A stretch of 64,000 nucleotides of DNA, from IMG/VR virus record IMGVR_UViG_3300023174_000161; one strand, given 5' to 3'. The DNA is from an uncultured virus (IMG/VR IMGVR_UViG_3300023174_000161). Lineage: Duplodnaviria; Heunggongvirae; Uroviricota; Caudoviricetes. Of this stretch, positions 37,458 through 46,115 are shown piece by piece; within the stretch, counting starts at the first letter, position 1; every line of letters starts with the position of its first letter. The position numbers were made by a program, and so were the translations under genes. The notes under the pieces are model-generated. The model was not told where the DNA came from. It searched no databases and saw only the letters and a program-made list of their open reading frames with translations.

Positions 37458-38711
37458 TTATGCAGTTTTGATGATTGCTACTTTAAAGTTGTAAGCAGCC
37501 CCGGGGGTAATTGTTCCGGATGTAGGATTGTGAGCCCTGACAGTTACCGTATTGGAGGCCGACACAAAAGCTTCAAAAATAAGTTTTCCGTTAGTAGCTC
37601 CACGACCAGCCGTATCTAAGCAGGTGACAAAAACAACATCAGTGGTGGCTGCACCAGTAAGTGTAATTGTTAAATCTACAAACCCTCCTGCGGTGATAGA
37701 ACCGAAAGAAAGTGATGTAGAAGCACTAATCAAAGCAATCGGCAACGTTCCAGTTGCATTTGGAAGGGTGATTGTCTTGTTGCTTCCGCTTGCCGATCCA
37801 TTCAAAGTTGTCCTTATTCCAGTTACACCAAGCTGAATTGAGCCAGTTCCACGAGTGTCGATTGCGCCTCCACCATTTGATGTATTGATTGAGCCGCCAG
37901 CGCCAGAATCCCCGCCAGACATATTTAGGGTTCCCCCAGCTACATTCCCGCCAATGTCTTCTCCTCCGCCTGTGCTAATAATGCTTCCTCCATTCCCATA
38001 ATTGCCACCACTTAGATTTATTGACCCGCCACTACACTCTTCTGATGCGCTTAAAATAACTGAACCGCCAGAGTTATCAGAATTCCCAATGCTGATTATG
38101 TTTCCACCATATGAGCTGAGATTGATGCTTCCACCCCACTTTTTAGAAATAAACGATCCACCAGCCCTCCCTGTTGTGACTGGTAATTGTTCATCCCCGC
38201 TAATATCAATTATACCACCAGCGCCAAGTATCTCTCCGTTAGTTTTAATATAACCACCAGAAACTAGATTGCCTCCATCATCACGGCCTCCAGAAGTATT
38301 AATTAAACCACCGCCATTTGAGGTGTTGATTGAGCCGCCAAATGAATCTTCTCCACTACCTCCAGATGTGTTTATGTTTCCGCCAGAAGTGCTGGAATTA
38401 CCTCCTCCAGACATGTTAAGTGTTCCGCCGCTTGCCCCACTGCCTACTCCTGCGGTTGCAATAATGCTTCCGCCATTATTTCCGTCTTCATTCGCCCCTG
38501 CCGACAAGTTAATAGAACCACCAAGTCCGCTAACCCCGTTAGAAGTGTTAATTGAACCACCATTTGGCAATAATAAAGGGTTTGTAAAAATGGCAGCCGT
38601 AACTTCAGTAACAGCTTCGGCAACAAGACTAGCCGGCGGAGGAGTGGTATTAGCCCCAGCTGTTCCGCAATCGCAATCGCGGGCGTAGTTGTCGGGGTTG
38701 GGGAAACTCAT
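37458..38711 (-). CDS. glycine-rich fibre/adhesin protein
   Basis: many GG[ST][IL]N[LTM]S[GN]GG-like repeats; C-terminal domain paralogous to 36536-37447. Confidence 0.65.
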   Translation of the reverse strand: MSFPNPDNYARDCDCGTAGANTTPPPASLVAEAVTEVTAAIFTNPLLLPNGGSINTSNGVSGLGGSINLSAGANEDGNNGGSIIATAGVGSGASGGTLNMSGGGNSSTSGGNINTSGGSGEDSFGGSINTSNGGGLINTSGGRDDGGNLVSGGYIKTNGEILGAGGIIDISGDEQLPVTTGRAGGSFISKKWGGSINLSSYGGNIISIGNSDNSGGSVILSASEECSGGSINLSGGNYGNGGSIISTGGGEDIGGNVAGGTLNMSGGDSGAGGSINTSNGGGAIDTRGTGSIQLGVTGIRTTLNGSASGSNKTITLPNATGTLPIALISASTSLSFGSITAGGFVDLTITLTGAATTDVVFVTCLDTAGRGATNGKLIFEAFVSASNTVTVRAHNPTSGTITPGAAYNFKVAIIKTA

Positions 38712-38718
38712 CGCAAGT

Positions 38719-38746
38719 ATTATGGCAACTGGTTTTTAAGAGTCAA
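38719..38746 (-). promoter_or_regulatory. sigma70-type promoter, probably leaderless mRNA
   Basis: TTGACT-N16-CATAAT, ATG 7 nt downstream, no RBS. Confidence 0.6.
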
Positions 38747-38916
38747 GATTCTTGGCCCTTAGGGCCGTATATTTTTAACGTATCCGGTTGGCCGTTCTTA
38801 CAAACGTTTAAAGTGTATACATCGGCGTCAATACCTTGTTTGGCTTCTTCTTCTTTCACATTCCCAAACAATATATTTTTATCTCTCGAACTAAAGTCAA
38901 TGTTAGACAAACTCAT
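38743..38916 (-). CDS. small hypothetical protein
   Basis: AGGAGG RBS, ATGA coupling at 38916. Confidence 0.55.
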   Translation of the reverse strand: MSLSNIDFSSRDKNILFGNVKEEEAKQGIDADVYTLNVCKNGQPDTLKIYGPKGQES

Positions 38917-39314
38917 TTGTGTAATTCCTCCTTTAACACATTCCAATTATCACGCCATTTACTGTTAGGTTCAATATAAATCGATTGGGTTTTTGGAACT
39001 TTCTCGCGGGGTAAAATAAACATAGCGTCAAGACCGGTATGGAAAAATATAAAACAATCACAATCTGCCTTGGAGTAATTTTGCTTACGCATGTGACCAA
39101 AGCCGGGGCCTTTGATGGCGAAGAACTTAAGCTTGCTTCTACGGTAATCTTCATTACCGGCTGTACATTTTACTTGTACCCGGTTCATATTGCCTTTCCA
39201 GTCTGTAACCAAATCATACCCGTCGTCATAAACGGGCATGCTGACCAAAAAGCCTTGCTCAAGCAATTTAGCTGTAACCTTTTGAACTCCTATTGCTCCT
39301 AGTTTAACACTCAT
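38913..39314 (-). CDS. PD-(D/E)XK endonuclease (free-standing, I-Ssp6803I-like homing endonuclease type)
   Basis: GF.VS.P...GYDLV...RVQVK...YSKADCDCF. Confidence 0.75.
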   Translation of the reverse strand: MSVKLGAIGVQKVTAKLLEQGFLVSMPVYDDGYDLVTDWKGNMNRVQVKCTAGNEDYRRSKLKFFAIKGPGFGHMRKQNYSKADCDCFIFFHTGLDAMFILPREKVPKTQSIYIEPNSKWRDNWNVLKEELHK

Positions 39315-39844
39315 AACCACCTCCTGGCCAGTATTGTAACAAGAGGTCGACGCTTGCGATAGACCCCATCCCCCTCTCTACTGCCATTGTCATTGGTATT
39401 CCCCTCGATGGTAACCGCCATAGTTCCTTCTAATCGCTCTATAAGCCCCGTGTGAGCGACTCTTTTAAGACTATCAAAGTATACCCCAAAAGCATCGGAA
39501 GGCGCCGGCAACTGGCCCTGGCCGCGATTCCAGGTGGGTTTAACCACAAAGTCTGGGCTCCAGGCCGATCTTGGGTAAGGATTGTCTTTTTTTCCAAAAG
39601 CTTCGTCCCCCACATAAACTACCCAAGCGGCGCACCACGGCGAACCAGTACCCTCCAAGCCAACAGTTTTTAAAATCTTGTCCACCAAGGGCCCGGAGTT
39701 TCCGTGTTCTTCCTTCCATCCAATGGTTCCTCGAGCGACTTCCACAACTCGTTCCACTCTTTCTGCTCGCGTCTGTACGATTCCCGGAGCAACTCTGGCT
39801 CCGGAACAAAGCACAGGTAAAGACGCCAAAACAGCCGCATACAT
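39311..39844 (-). CDS. CHAP-domain endolysin
   Basis: PWCAAWV (Cys), AHTGLI (His), TIEGNT; hydrophobic N-terminus; start probably ATG 39844. Confidence 0.85.
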   Translation of the reverse strand: MYAAVLASLPVLCSGARVAPGIVQTRAERVERVVEVARGTIGWKEEHGNSGPLVDKILKTVGLEGTGSPWCAAWVVYVGDEAFGKKDNPYPRSAWSPDFVVKPTWNRGQGQLPAPSDAFGVYFDSLKRVAHTGLIERLEGTMAVTIEGNTNDNGSREGDGVYRKRRPLVTILARRWL

Positions 39845-40185
39845 TACCTGCATAAAAATGCGAAAGCCAGAACAAGGCCAAGAAACATGGTCACAAGCAA
39901 GATGGATCTGTGTTGGGGATACATTTCGCGCCAATCGTCCAACAAAGTTTCATTATCCACGTAATCGTCCAAGAATTTAAATTCAATAGTGATTATTAGC
40001 CAGGCTAATGACACGGCAAAAAACAATTTAACTCCGGCCAACAACACAACATGAAGGGCTCCCATATCGACAACCCCGGCCCCGGGATCAATGTTTTGTA
40101 GAATTGGCCCAAGAGCAAGGAATAAGGCTATGGAGCAGACCAAAGCTCCAAGACCCTGGAGGTTATCCTTAAGCCACTTTTTCAC
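39844..40185 (-). CDS. putative holin (3 TM)
   Basis: three hydrophobic segments, adjacent to endolysin. Confidence 0.55.
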   Translation of the reverse strand: MKKWLKDNLQGLGALVCSIALFLALGPILQNIDPGAGVVDMGALHVVLLAGVKLFFAVSLAWLIITIEFKFLDDYVDNETLLDDWREMYPQHRSILLVTMFLGLVLAFAFLCR

Positions 40186-40572
40186 TTAAAACAGTTTAAG
40201 AAATGGAAAGAAATTACGCAAGGCCAAAAATGCGGGCAGTAAGAGCATGCTCCCAAAAGCAATAAGTCGCCATTTCCAAAGCATCCCAACTGCTTTGCTG
40301 TACTTAGCCTCAAGATATTCCAGACGAGCGGCCATCTCGGAACGATCTTTAAAGTTTTTATCGACTTGGGATTGAAGCTTTAGGATCTGGTCTTTGGTAT
40401 TGTCGAGCTCATCGGCTACAGGTTTACAGGCTGGAATCGAACGGGCAATGGATTGTGCCTTTAGGATTGATTGAGTCGTTGCTTCGAGGGTTAGGGAACC
40501 GGAAGATGTCGTGCGGGTGGAGGCGCAGGACGACAAAATAATGCAAAACAAAAGTGAGTTAATAAATCGCAT
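40186..40572 (-). CDS. putative unimolecular spanin
   Basis: lipobox LSSC, coiled-coil, C-terminal TM, in lysis cassette. Confidence 0.6.
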   Translation of the reverse strand: MRFINSLLFCIILSSCASTRTTSSGSLTLEATTQSILKAQSIARSIPACKPVADELDNTKDQILKLQSQVDKNFKDRSEMAARLEYLEAKYSKAVGMLWKWRLIAFGSMLLLPAFLALRNFFPFLKLF

Positions 40573-43018
40573 ATTTAGTATTTAGATAAGCTTCAATTTG
40601 CTGGCGTTCTGTGCTTGTAACAGCACGATTATACATTATGATTTCGGCTATTTGTCCGTAGAAATATTCTGCCGCATTAAAAGACTGGTTGTATCCACCA
40701 ATTTGAAAGACTCCTGTGCTTGTTTCGATGTTTCCACCAATCAAAAAGTTATTTGAAAAATTACCATTGGAATAAACATTTTGAGTTGTTCCATTGTAAG
40801 TCATTGAAAGTATTTTTGGTATTGAGTCTTGAATATTTATGCCTGTTCGATAATCGGACCAAAGTCCAACATTTTGAGAAAACGAAACATTCCCACCATT
40901 AGTTGCAACCAATCCATACATTGCTTGATTTGCCGGCGCTCCAACATTGGCATTCTTTATGTAAACAACGTTATTTCCAGTACCTTGCCCAAGATACTTG
41001 AGGACGATAAATGAAGACATCTTGAAAAAGTCCAAAGTATTTGCATTTGCAATTTGCATTATTTGCTGTTGACCATTAAATTGAATAGCTGGTTTTCCGT
41101 TTAGGAAGGAAGAAACAAATGTTGGTTGTTGCCCTGTATTCGCAACCGCATTATTATCATTCCCGCTTTGGTCTGCCCATGCTGTTACATTTGAGCCGGA
41201 AAACGTAACGCCGGTATCAGCCTTGAGCCAAAGTTGGGGCAAGAACATATTATTGATATTCGGGAGTGATATCGCATATTTATTCGCCAGATAAGCTTCA
41301 ATTTGCTGCCGTTCTGTGTTGGTAATAGCCCGATTATAAAGCATAACTTCAGCTATATCGCATCGGCTAAAAAAAGAACTGGTAGTAATATTTGGAGTAT
41401 ACTCACAACCAAGTGTAAATTTTCCAGAATTTAATGTCGATGAATTCCAAGCAGAAGTAGGCGTTAAAGTACCAAATAAACTTCCGTTTAAATAATGAGA
41501 TACCGTGTTCCCGTCGCTTACCAACACGGATAAACCAACGATACTTTCTCCCATGGGATACGATTCAATATCTGAGCTTCCAGTATAAGATTTTCCAATA
41601 AAACCAGAAAAATTAGCCGTTGGATTGTTGTATGCCCCATAGGATAACCCAACGTCATAAGCAGTTTGATTTGAGGCAGAAACAAAATATCTGGCGCAAT
41701 CTTGTACAATAGCAGTACTTCCGGAAGCTTTTGAGACCCCAATCATTGTAAATGGATAATTATAATTAAAAGGATAAACGGTTGGACTAATAAAAGAAGA
41801 AGTTCCGTCAAATCTTAAAATCCGTTTTCCATTTAAAGCGCCGTCAATTGCTTGTACGGTCCCAACTAACGGAAGGGTTCGGAAAGAATTTAGCGTGGTA
41901 TCTTCCACATTTATTACATTGGGACCAGCAACACTAATAACAGATTCAGGAGCAATTCTATATAACGGTTGAAAAAAATTATTGGCTCGTGGTATTTTAT
42001 TTTTAAAAGAAACGTTTACGTTTGATAAATCAAAAGAAGTGCAAGCATTTGCAATTGAATAAACACATAAAGTATCAAATGAAAAAGTGGAGGGAGAATT
42101 GTCCGTCCAAGAAAGTGTGGTTCCAGATCCCGAGGTAGACCCGCCCGATATTGAACTTGTGTAAAGAAGAGCTCCTGAAGGGGCTGAAACACTACCGGGT
42201 AATCTTTTTATTGTTAAAGTTATTAGATAAGTCGTATCTGTGGTTAATCCAGAAAAAGTTGAAGCTGCGTTTTCAGTATATACTGCCGTAGTTGTTGAGA
42301 TTAATCTTGGATCTGTAGTTGTGGTTCTCGTATGTATTCTATGATTATTACTGGCAGCAGATGAAATTGCTGACATATACCCTCTATAACCAGGACCTAC
42401 CCCAGTTCCGCCATAGATAGCATTACTTAAACTCAGATTGTCGGCATTTACATAAGTTAAGGGATTAGTATTTGTGGAACTATCAAATAAACCAAAACGT
42501 ATGGCATTTGTAGTCGATAATGTTGTTTGCGGGGAAACAAGGCTAAGATTAAAAGTTACTGTAAGTTCTTCATCAACCAGTATTGTTCTTAAAAATGGAT
42601 GGATTCTTGTCCAACCACTCGCATCCTGCGTTCCGGAAGGAGTAAATAAAAAGTTTGGAGGATAACCTGGATTCCCGGGGTTACCAGTTCTTTGAAAAAG
42701 ACCGTGTCCATAAATTCCTCCATAAACAACAGCTCCTATCGGATAACCAACACCATTGTCGTAAGTTGGATATTGTTCCGCATTACAATCAAAATAACCA
42801 ACTATGTGACGACCGCTAGCTCCAATCGCCTGTCTAAATAACCCATTTCCGTAAGTTACAGATGAACTTGCCCCAGAAGAAAAAAATTGTCTATTTACAA
42901 AACTAAACCCAGAATTTGGGTACGCAATAAAACTATCTTGATATAAATTTAGTGTACCAAAAACTGGGGTTGAGCTTACATTACTTGTAAGATTAATGCC
43001 TAGACCTAGCTTAGGCAT
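40559..43018 (-). CDS. virion protein with two LamG/ConA-like domains
   Basis: LWLKAD, WADQSGN.N.A, IAE...YNRA....ERQQIEAYL..KYAI twice. Confidence 0.75.
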   Translation of the reverse strand: MPKLGLGINLTSNVSSTPVFGTLNLYQDSFIAYPNSGFSFVNRQFFSSGASSSVTYGNGLFRQAIGASGRHIVGYFDCNAEQYPTYDNGVGYPIGAVVYGGIYGHGLFQRTGNPGNPGYPPNFLFTPSGTQDASGWTRIHPFLRTILVDEELTVTFNLSLVSPQTTLSTTNAIRFGLFDSSTNTNPLTYVNADNLSLSNAIYGGTGVGPGYRGYMSAISSAASNNHRIHTRTTTTDPRLISTTTAVYTENAASTFSGLTTDTTYLITLTIKRLPGSVSAPSGALLYTSSISGGSTSGSGTTLSWTDNSPSTFSFDTLCVYSIANACTSFDLSNVNVSFKNKIPRANNFFQPLYRIAPESVISVAGPNVINVEDTTLNSFRTLPLVGTVQAIDGALNGKRILRFDGTSSFISPTVYPFNYNYPFTMIGVSKASGSTAIVQDCARYFVSASNQTAYDVGLSYGAYNNPTANFSGFIGKSYTGSSDIESYPMGESIVGLSVLVSDGNTVSHYLNGSLFGTLTPTSAWNSSTLNSGKFTLGCEYTPNITTSSFFSRCDIAEVMLYNRAITNTERQQIEAYLANKYAISLPNINNMFLPQLWLKADTGVTFSGSNVTAWADQSGNDNNAVANTGQQPTFVSSFLNGKPAIQFNGQQQIMQIANANTLDFFKMSSFIVLKYLGQGTGNNVVYIKNANVGAPANQAMYGLVATNGGNVSFSQNVGLWSDYRTGINIQDSIPKILSMTYNGTTQNVYSNGNFSNNFLIGGNIETSTGVFQIGGYNQSFNAAEYFYGQIAEIIMYNRAVTSTERQQIEAYLNTKYAIY

Positions 43019-43023
43019 ATAAA

Positions 43024-43317
43024 TTAACCAGCCTTATATGCGATAACTTTTCCAGACGTCAAAGTAAAAGAAGTAAACGGGCCATAAATAATGGTTCCGG
43101 CTGTCAAAGTTATGCCAGCCAAACCTCCGACAGTAGAGCTAAGAGCAGACAAAGCAGAAAATTGAGCATCAGCCAAAATTTGAATAGCCGCAAAATTTCC
43201 GGGTGTGGCCGTGGTATCTCCCACATAAACAAACCCACGCTGGCCGAGTGAAACTAAAGAAGCGTCAGTTTCTTGAGTTACAGAGGGAGCGAGATTTTCG
43301 TCAAAAAAAGTTGGCAT
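43024..43317 (-). CDS. small virion protein
   Basis: AGGAG RBS; AGTIIYGPFTSFTLTSGKVIAY pattern. Confidence 0.6.
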   Translation of the reverse strand: MPTFFDENLAPSVTQETDASLVSLGQRGFVYVGDTTATPGNFAAIQILADAQFSALSALSSTVGGLAGITLTAGTIIYGPFTSFTLTSGKVIAYKAG

Positions 43318-43328
43318 ATGGTTCTCCT

Positions 43329-43356
43329 ATTGTGTGGTCTTATTTTTATTTGTCAA
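43329..43356 (-). promoter_or_regulatory. sigma70-type promoter
   Basis: TTGACA-N16-CACAAT. Confidence 0.6.
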
Positions 43357-43568
43357 CTATGTTTGCCAAAAATCTTTGACCAAAAGAATTCGGCAAAAGT
43401 CGAAATCATAAAGGTTATAACTGCCACGACTCCATACCCCATGTGAATATGTTTCTCTACTTTACAGATTCGATTCTCGTGCTTATCGCGATCCTCAAGC
43501 AAAGAATCAAGCTTCTCGTCCATGCGAGCAGTCCGCTCAAGAAGAGTAATTAGATGATCATTTTCCAT
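43353..43568 (-). CDS. coiled-coil protein with C-terminal TM (XhlA-like/lysis accessory)
   Basis: heptad N-terminus, hydrophobic C-terminus. Confidence 0.5.
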   Translation of the reverse strand: MENDHLITLLERTARMDEKLDSLLEDRDKHENRICKVEKHIHMGYGVVAVITFMISTFAEFFWSKIFGKHS

Positions 43569-43782
43569 AACTAAATATCTTATCTAAAGTTGGGAATACC
43601 CGTGACTTCATCTTACTTGCACTATAGCCTTTTACATTAAGCAAAGGCAAGAATATCTCAAAACAAAGTTCAAAGGATTCTCGTTCGAAACAAGCTTTTG
43701 GTCTGCCTGGCTCGTACCCGGCTTCCATATCCTGGAGATCGTTCCAGGCTTGTCTTACGACAGCCAGGATAAGCTTGTCCAC
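43558..43782 (-). CDS. hypothetical protein
   Basis: probable GTG start just after upstream stop; LILAVVRQAWNDL. Confidence 0.45.
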   Translation of the reverse strand: MDKLILAVVRQAWNDLQDMEAGYEPGRPKACFERESFELCFEIFLPLLNVKGYSASKMKSRVFPTLDKIFSYGK

Positions 43783-43786
43783 GGCA

Positions 43787-44050
43787 TTAGGCCATTCCGG
43801 GCTGAGCCATGCCTTTTTCAACGGCATCAACCATGCCCATTTCAACTTCAGGTTTCCCAGAAGATTGTTCGGCAGCTTTTTCTTTTTTGCCCTCAGAAGC
43901 AGATTCGTCAACTTCTGAACCCTCAACTGCCGTTACGTACATGGTATTGCCCTTAAAATAACCACTGGCCATGAAATCAAACAAATCTCCTTCTTTCACA
44001 CCTTCCGGAGGTGTAAAGCCTTTGGGTACGGGGAAAGAGATATTTTTCAT
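43787..44050 (-). CDS. hypothetical virion-region protein
   Basis: start ATG 44050; F.VPKGFTPPEG motif. Confidence 0.6.
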   Translation of the reverse strand: MKNISFPVPKGFTPPEGVKEGDLFDFMASGYFKGNTMYVTAVEGSEVDESASEGKKEKAAEQSSGKPEVEMGMVDAVEKGMAQPGMA

Positions 44051-44076
44051 AAAATAGAGTTTGTAAAAGAGTATGA

Positions 44077-44103
44077 TCCCCCGGGGGATAGAACCCCGGG
44101 GGA
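44077..44103 (-). terminator. intrinsic terminator-like hairpin after capsid/decoration genes
   Basis: 10-bp stem TCCCCCGGGG/CCCCGGGGGA followed on - strand by TCATACTCTTTT. Confidence 0.6.
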
Positions 44104-44121
44104 CCAATTAGTTATTAGTTA

Positions 44122-44427
44122 TTAGTTAAGTGCGTTCAGGTTCCGAAGCAACGCGATGACGGTATTCAACTTGCCGACAATCGTTGCAATGTCATTAGCA
44201 GAATAAGCACTGTTAGTGACTGTTGACGTGACGCTAGGTGTACCGGCGTTGGTGAGAACAATCGGACTAATAGTCGAGACTGTGTCACCAGACGCTCCCC
44301 CAGTGGAGGAACCAATTGTTGCCAGGGTGCTGCCTACCGTGCCCCATTCGGGGCCGTTATTCACGGCACCACGAATTTGGGCGGCCAGGACGTTATCCTG
44401 AGTACGCGTTTGAAGAGGATTGCTCAT
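44122..44427 (-). CDS. putative head decoration/fibre protein
   Basis: directly after MCP, same RBS context; KLNTVIALLR..N end. Confidence 0.55.
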   Translation of the reverse strand: MSNPLQTRTQDNVLAAQIRGAVNNGPEWGTVGSTLATIGSSTGGASGDTVSTISPIVLTNAGTPSVTSTVTNSAYSANDIATIVGKLNTVIALLRNLNALN

Positions 44428-44449
44428 ATTAGAGTTATCCTTTCTTCAA

Positions 44450-45844
44450 TTAGCTAACGTAGTCAAGGCTGATGGTAGGCCGTGTGTGCAGAACGACATA
44501 GCCGTACTGCGGGAACACGGGCCGAGCACCGCTGGCCACAACACCGCGGAAATACCCGACATTTCCGTCCGGATTGGTTTGACGATCCAAGATGTTAACC
44601 CATTTGAACTCACCACGGTAGTTCTGGGGGTTGAAGCCCATCTTGCTGTCAACCGACATCGGAGTAGGCACCACGGAACGATATACATCTTGGTGGAAGA
44701 TGTAGCTGATTTCGTAGGATGCCGTCTCGTATGCGGGGTTAATGTTGTATGCCGTACCCTTGGTCGTGGTCTCCTTACGGAAAGGATAAACACGAATCAA
44801 GTTCTGCGGAGACGAATTATACGTCATAAACCGCGGAGGATACGGGTCAATTGCGTGATAGAAGCCACCGTAAGAACGCTCAATACCAAGGGGAGTGAGC
44901 AATTCATTTGGCTTGGCATACCGGTAATCCTGACGGATGTCGGCATTCAAGCGAATGATGTTCTCGCTGGTTTCAGCACCGCAGATCAACATGAACACCG
45001 GGGCTCCGTTTTCACGGCCCATGGCGTTAGTACCCGCGCCGTCGCGGATGAGTTTCATGTAGAGCCGTTTCAGGATGCCCTGAGTCAGCTGGCTCTGCGG
45101 CAGATTCGCCGAAGTGATCGTTCCCGAGGCGGCAGTAGCAACTCCGCTGACCACAGCGGTGTAAACAACTTTCGCATCACCAGTGCTGGCGGTTGTGGAG
45201 GCCACAATACCGTTAGCAGTGGTGCTGGGGTAAACGAGGTTTCCTTCATTGGCAACAGTTTTGGTAAACAAGTTGCGATACCGGTCCTGCCAAACCAAGG
45301 AGGTCGACTCAGTGAGGACATCCATGATGTTGGAGAGCTGTTCCCGGCGTTTCACTGCGAAGCGCAAATCTTCCAGCGAGATGTCGGGGGAATCAACCGA
45401 GGCCCATTCCAAGCTATACTGACGGAGTTTCTGCCCGAAGGTAACTCCGCTCAATGCTGCTGGCAGAACGTTTCCGGTCGAAGAACTGGATGATACGGGC
45501 AACCCATCGCCAGCTGTGCTGACAGCCTGCGTAAAAGGGTTAAAGCCTTGGTAATCTTGGGATACCTGATTGGATCCCAAAGTTCTCCACCCGGTTCCTG
45601 CGTCGGCCCTAATGTCATTGGTTGAATAACCAACGGTAGTATCAGCTGCGGTAGCCAACACGCTGGAGGGGTAGAAACGTTCGAAGGTGACCGAACTGAT
45701 CACATCGCCCATCTCCTCGGGGAAGGTTTCTTGCTTGGTCAGTTTGAGCCAAGCGGAGGTGTCGATCGTCCGGCGATAAATTTCCGGTCCGATACGACCC
45801 GCTTCTTTTACAAGAAGCTGTTGAATCGAGTACGTAGTAGACAT
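44450..45844 (-). CDS. major capsid protein
   Basis: 464 aa after scaffold, strong RBS, biased codon use, own promoter and terminator. Confidence 0.75.
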   Translation of the reverse strand: MSTTYSIQQLLVKEAGRIGPEIYRRTIDTSAWLKLTKQETFPEEMGDVISSVTFERFYPSSVLATAADTTVGYSTNDIRADAGTGWRTLGSNQVSQDYQGFNPFTQAVSTAGDGLPVSSSSSTGNVLPAALSGVTFGQKLRQYSLEWASVDSPDISLEDLRFAVKRREQLSNIMDVLTESTSLVWQDRYRNLFTKTVANEGNLVYPSTTANGIVASTTASTGDAKVVYTAVVSGVATAASGTITSANLPQSQLTQGILKRLYMKLIRDGAGTNAMGRENGAPVFMLICGAETSENIIRLNADIRQDYRYAKPNELLTPLGIERSYGGFYHAIDPYPPRFMTYNSSPQNLIRVYPFRKETTTKGTAYNINPAYETASYEISYIFHQDVYRSVVPTPMSVDSKMGFNPQNYRGEFKWVNILDRQTNPDGNVGYFRGVVASGARPVFPQYGYVVLHTRPTISLDYVS

Positions 45845-46068
45845 ATTAGTAGTTATTTCCTTTCAACCTTCCCCCTGCTCGCGCAAAGGGTAGGTTATGA
45901 TTTATGATGATTACGCCAGCCTCTATCGAGGCTATCCGCTTTCACCACTTTTCAAAACTTTTCCCTGGCGGCATCCCAGAGCTTTTAATGCCCGAATTCT
46001 GCTAGACCGTCTCAATCTTTATAGGTCTTGTCTGGTAAGGATCTCAATCTTTATACCTGTACCGGACT
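45845..46068 (-). promoter_or_regulatory. structured 5' leader of capsid mRNA
   Basis: two TATAAAGATTGAGA copies, pseudoknot-like pairing, two hairpins. Confidence 0.5.
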
Positions 46069-46073
46069 AGTTA

Positions 46074-46101
46074 AAAGTATCAACCGGATAGAACGTGTCA
46101 A
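46074..46101 (-). promoter_or_regulatory. promoter for capsid gene
   Basis: TTGACA-N16-TACTTT. Confidence 0.6.
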
Positions 46102-46115
46102 TACTTTAATCAAAA

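Noticed and set aside
40559..43018. Diversity-generating retroelement suggested by the repeat pair
   Set aside because: No reverse transcriptase in the window; both copies are coding and differences are not adenine-specific.
44420..45493. 357-aa + strand ORF antisense to the capsid gene
   Set aside because: Shadow frame expected from strong codon bias; no recognisable motifs.
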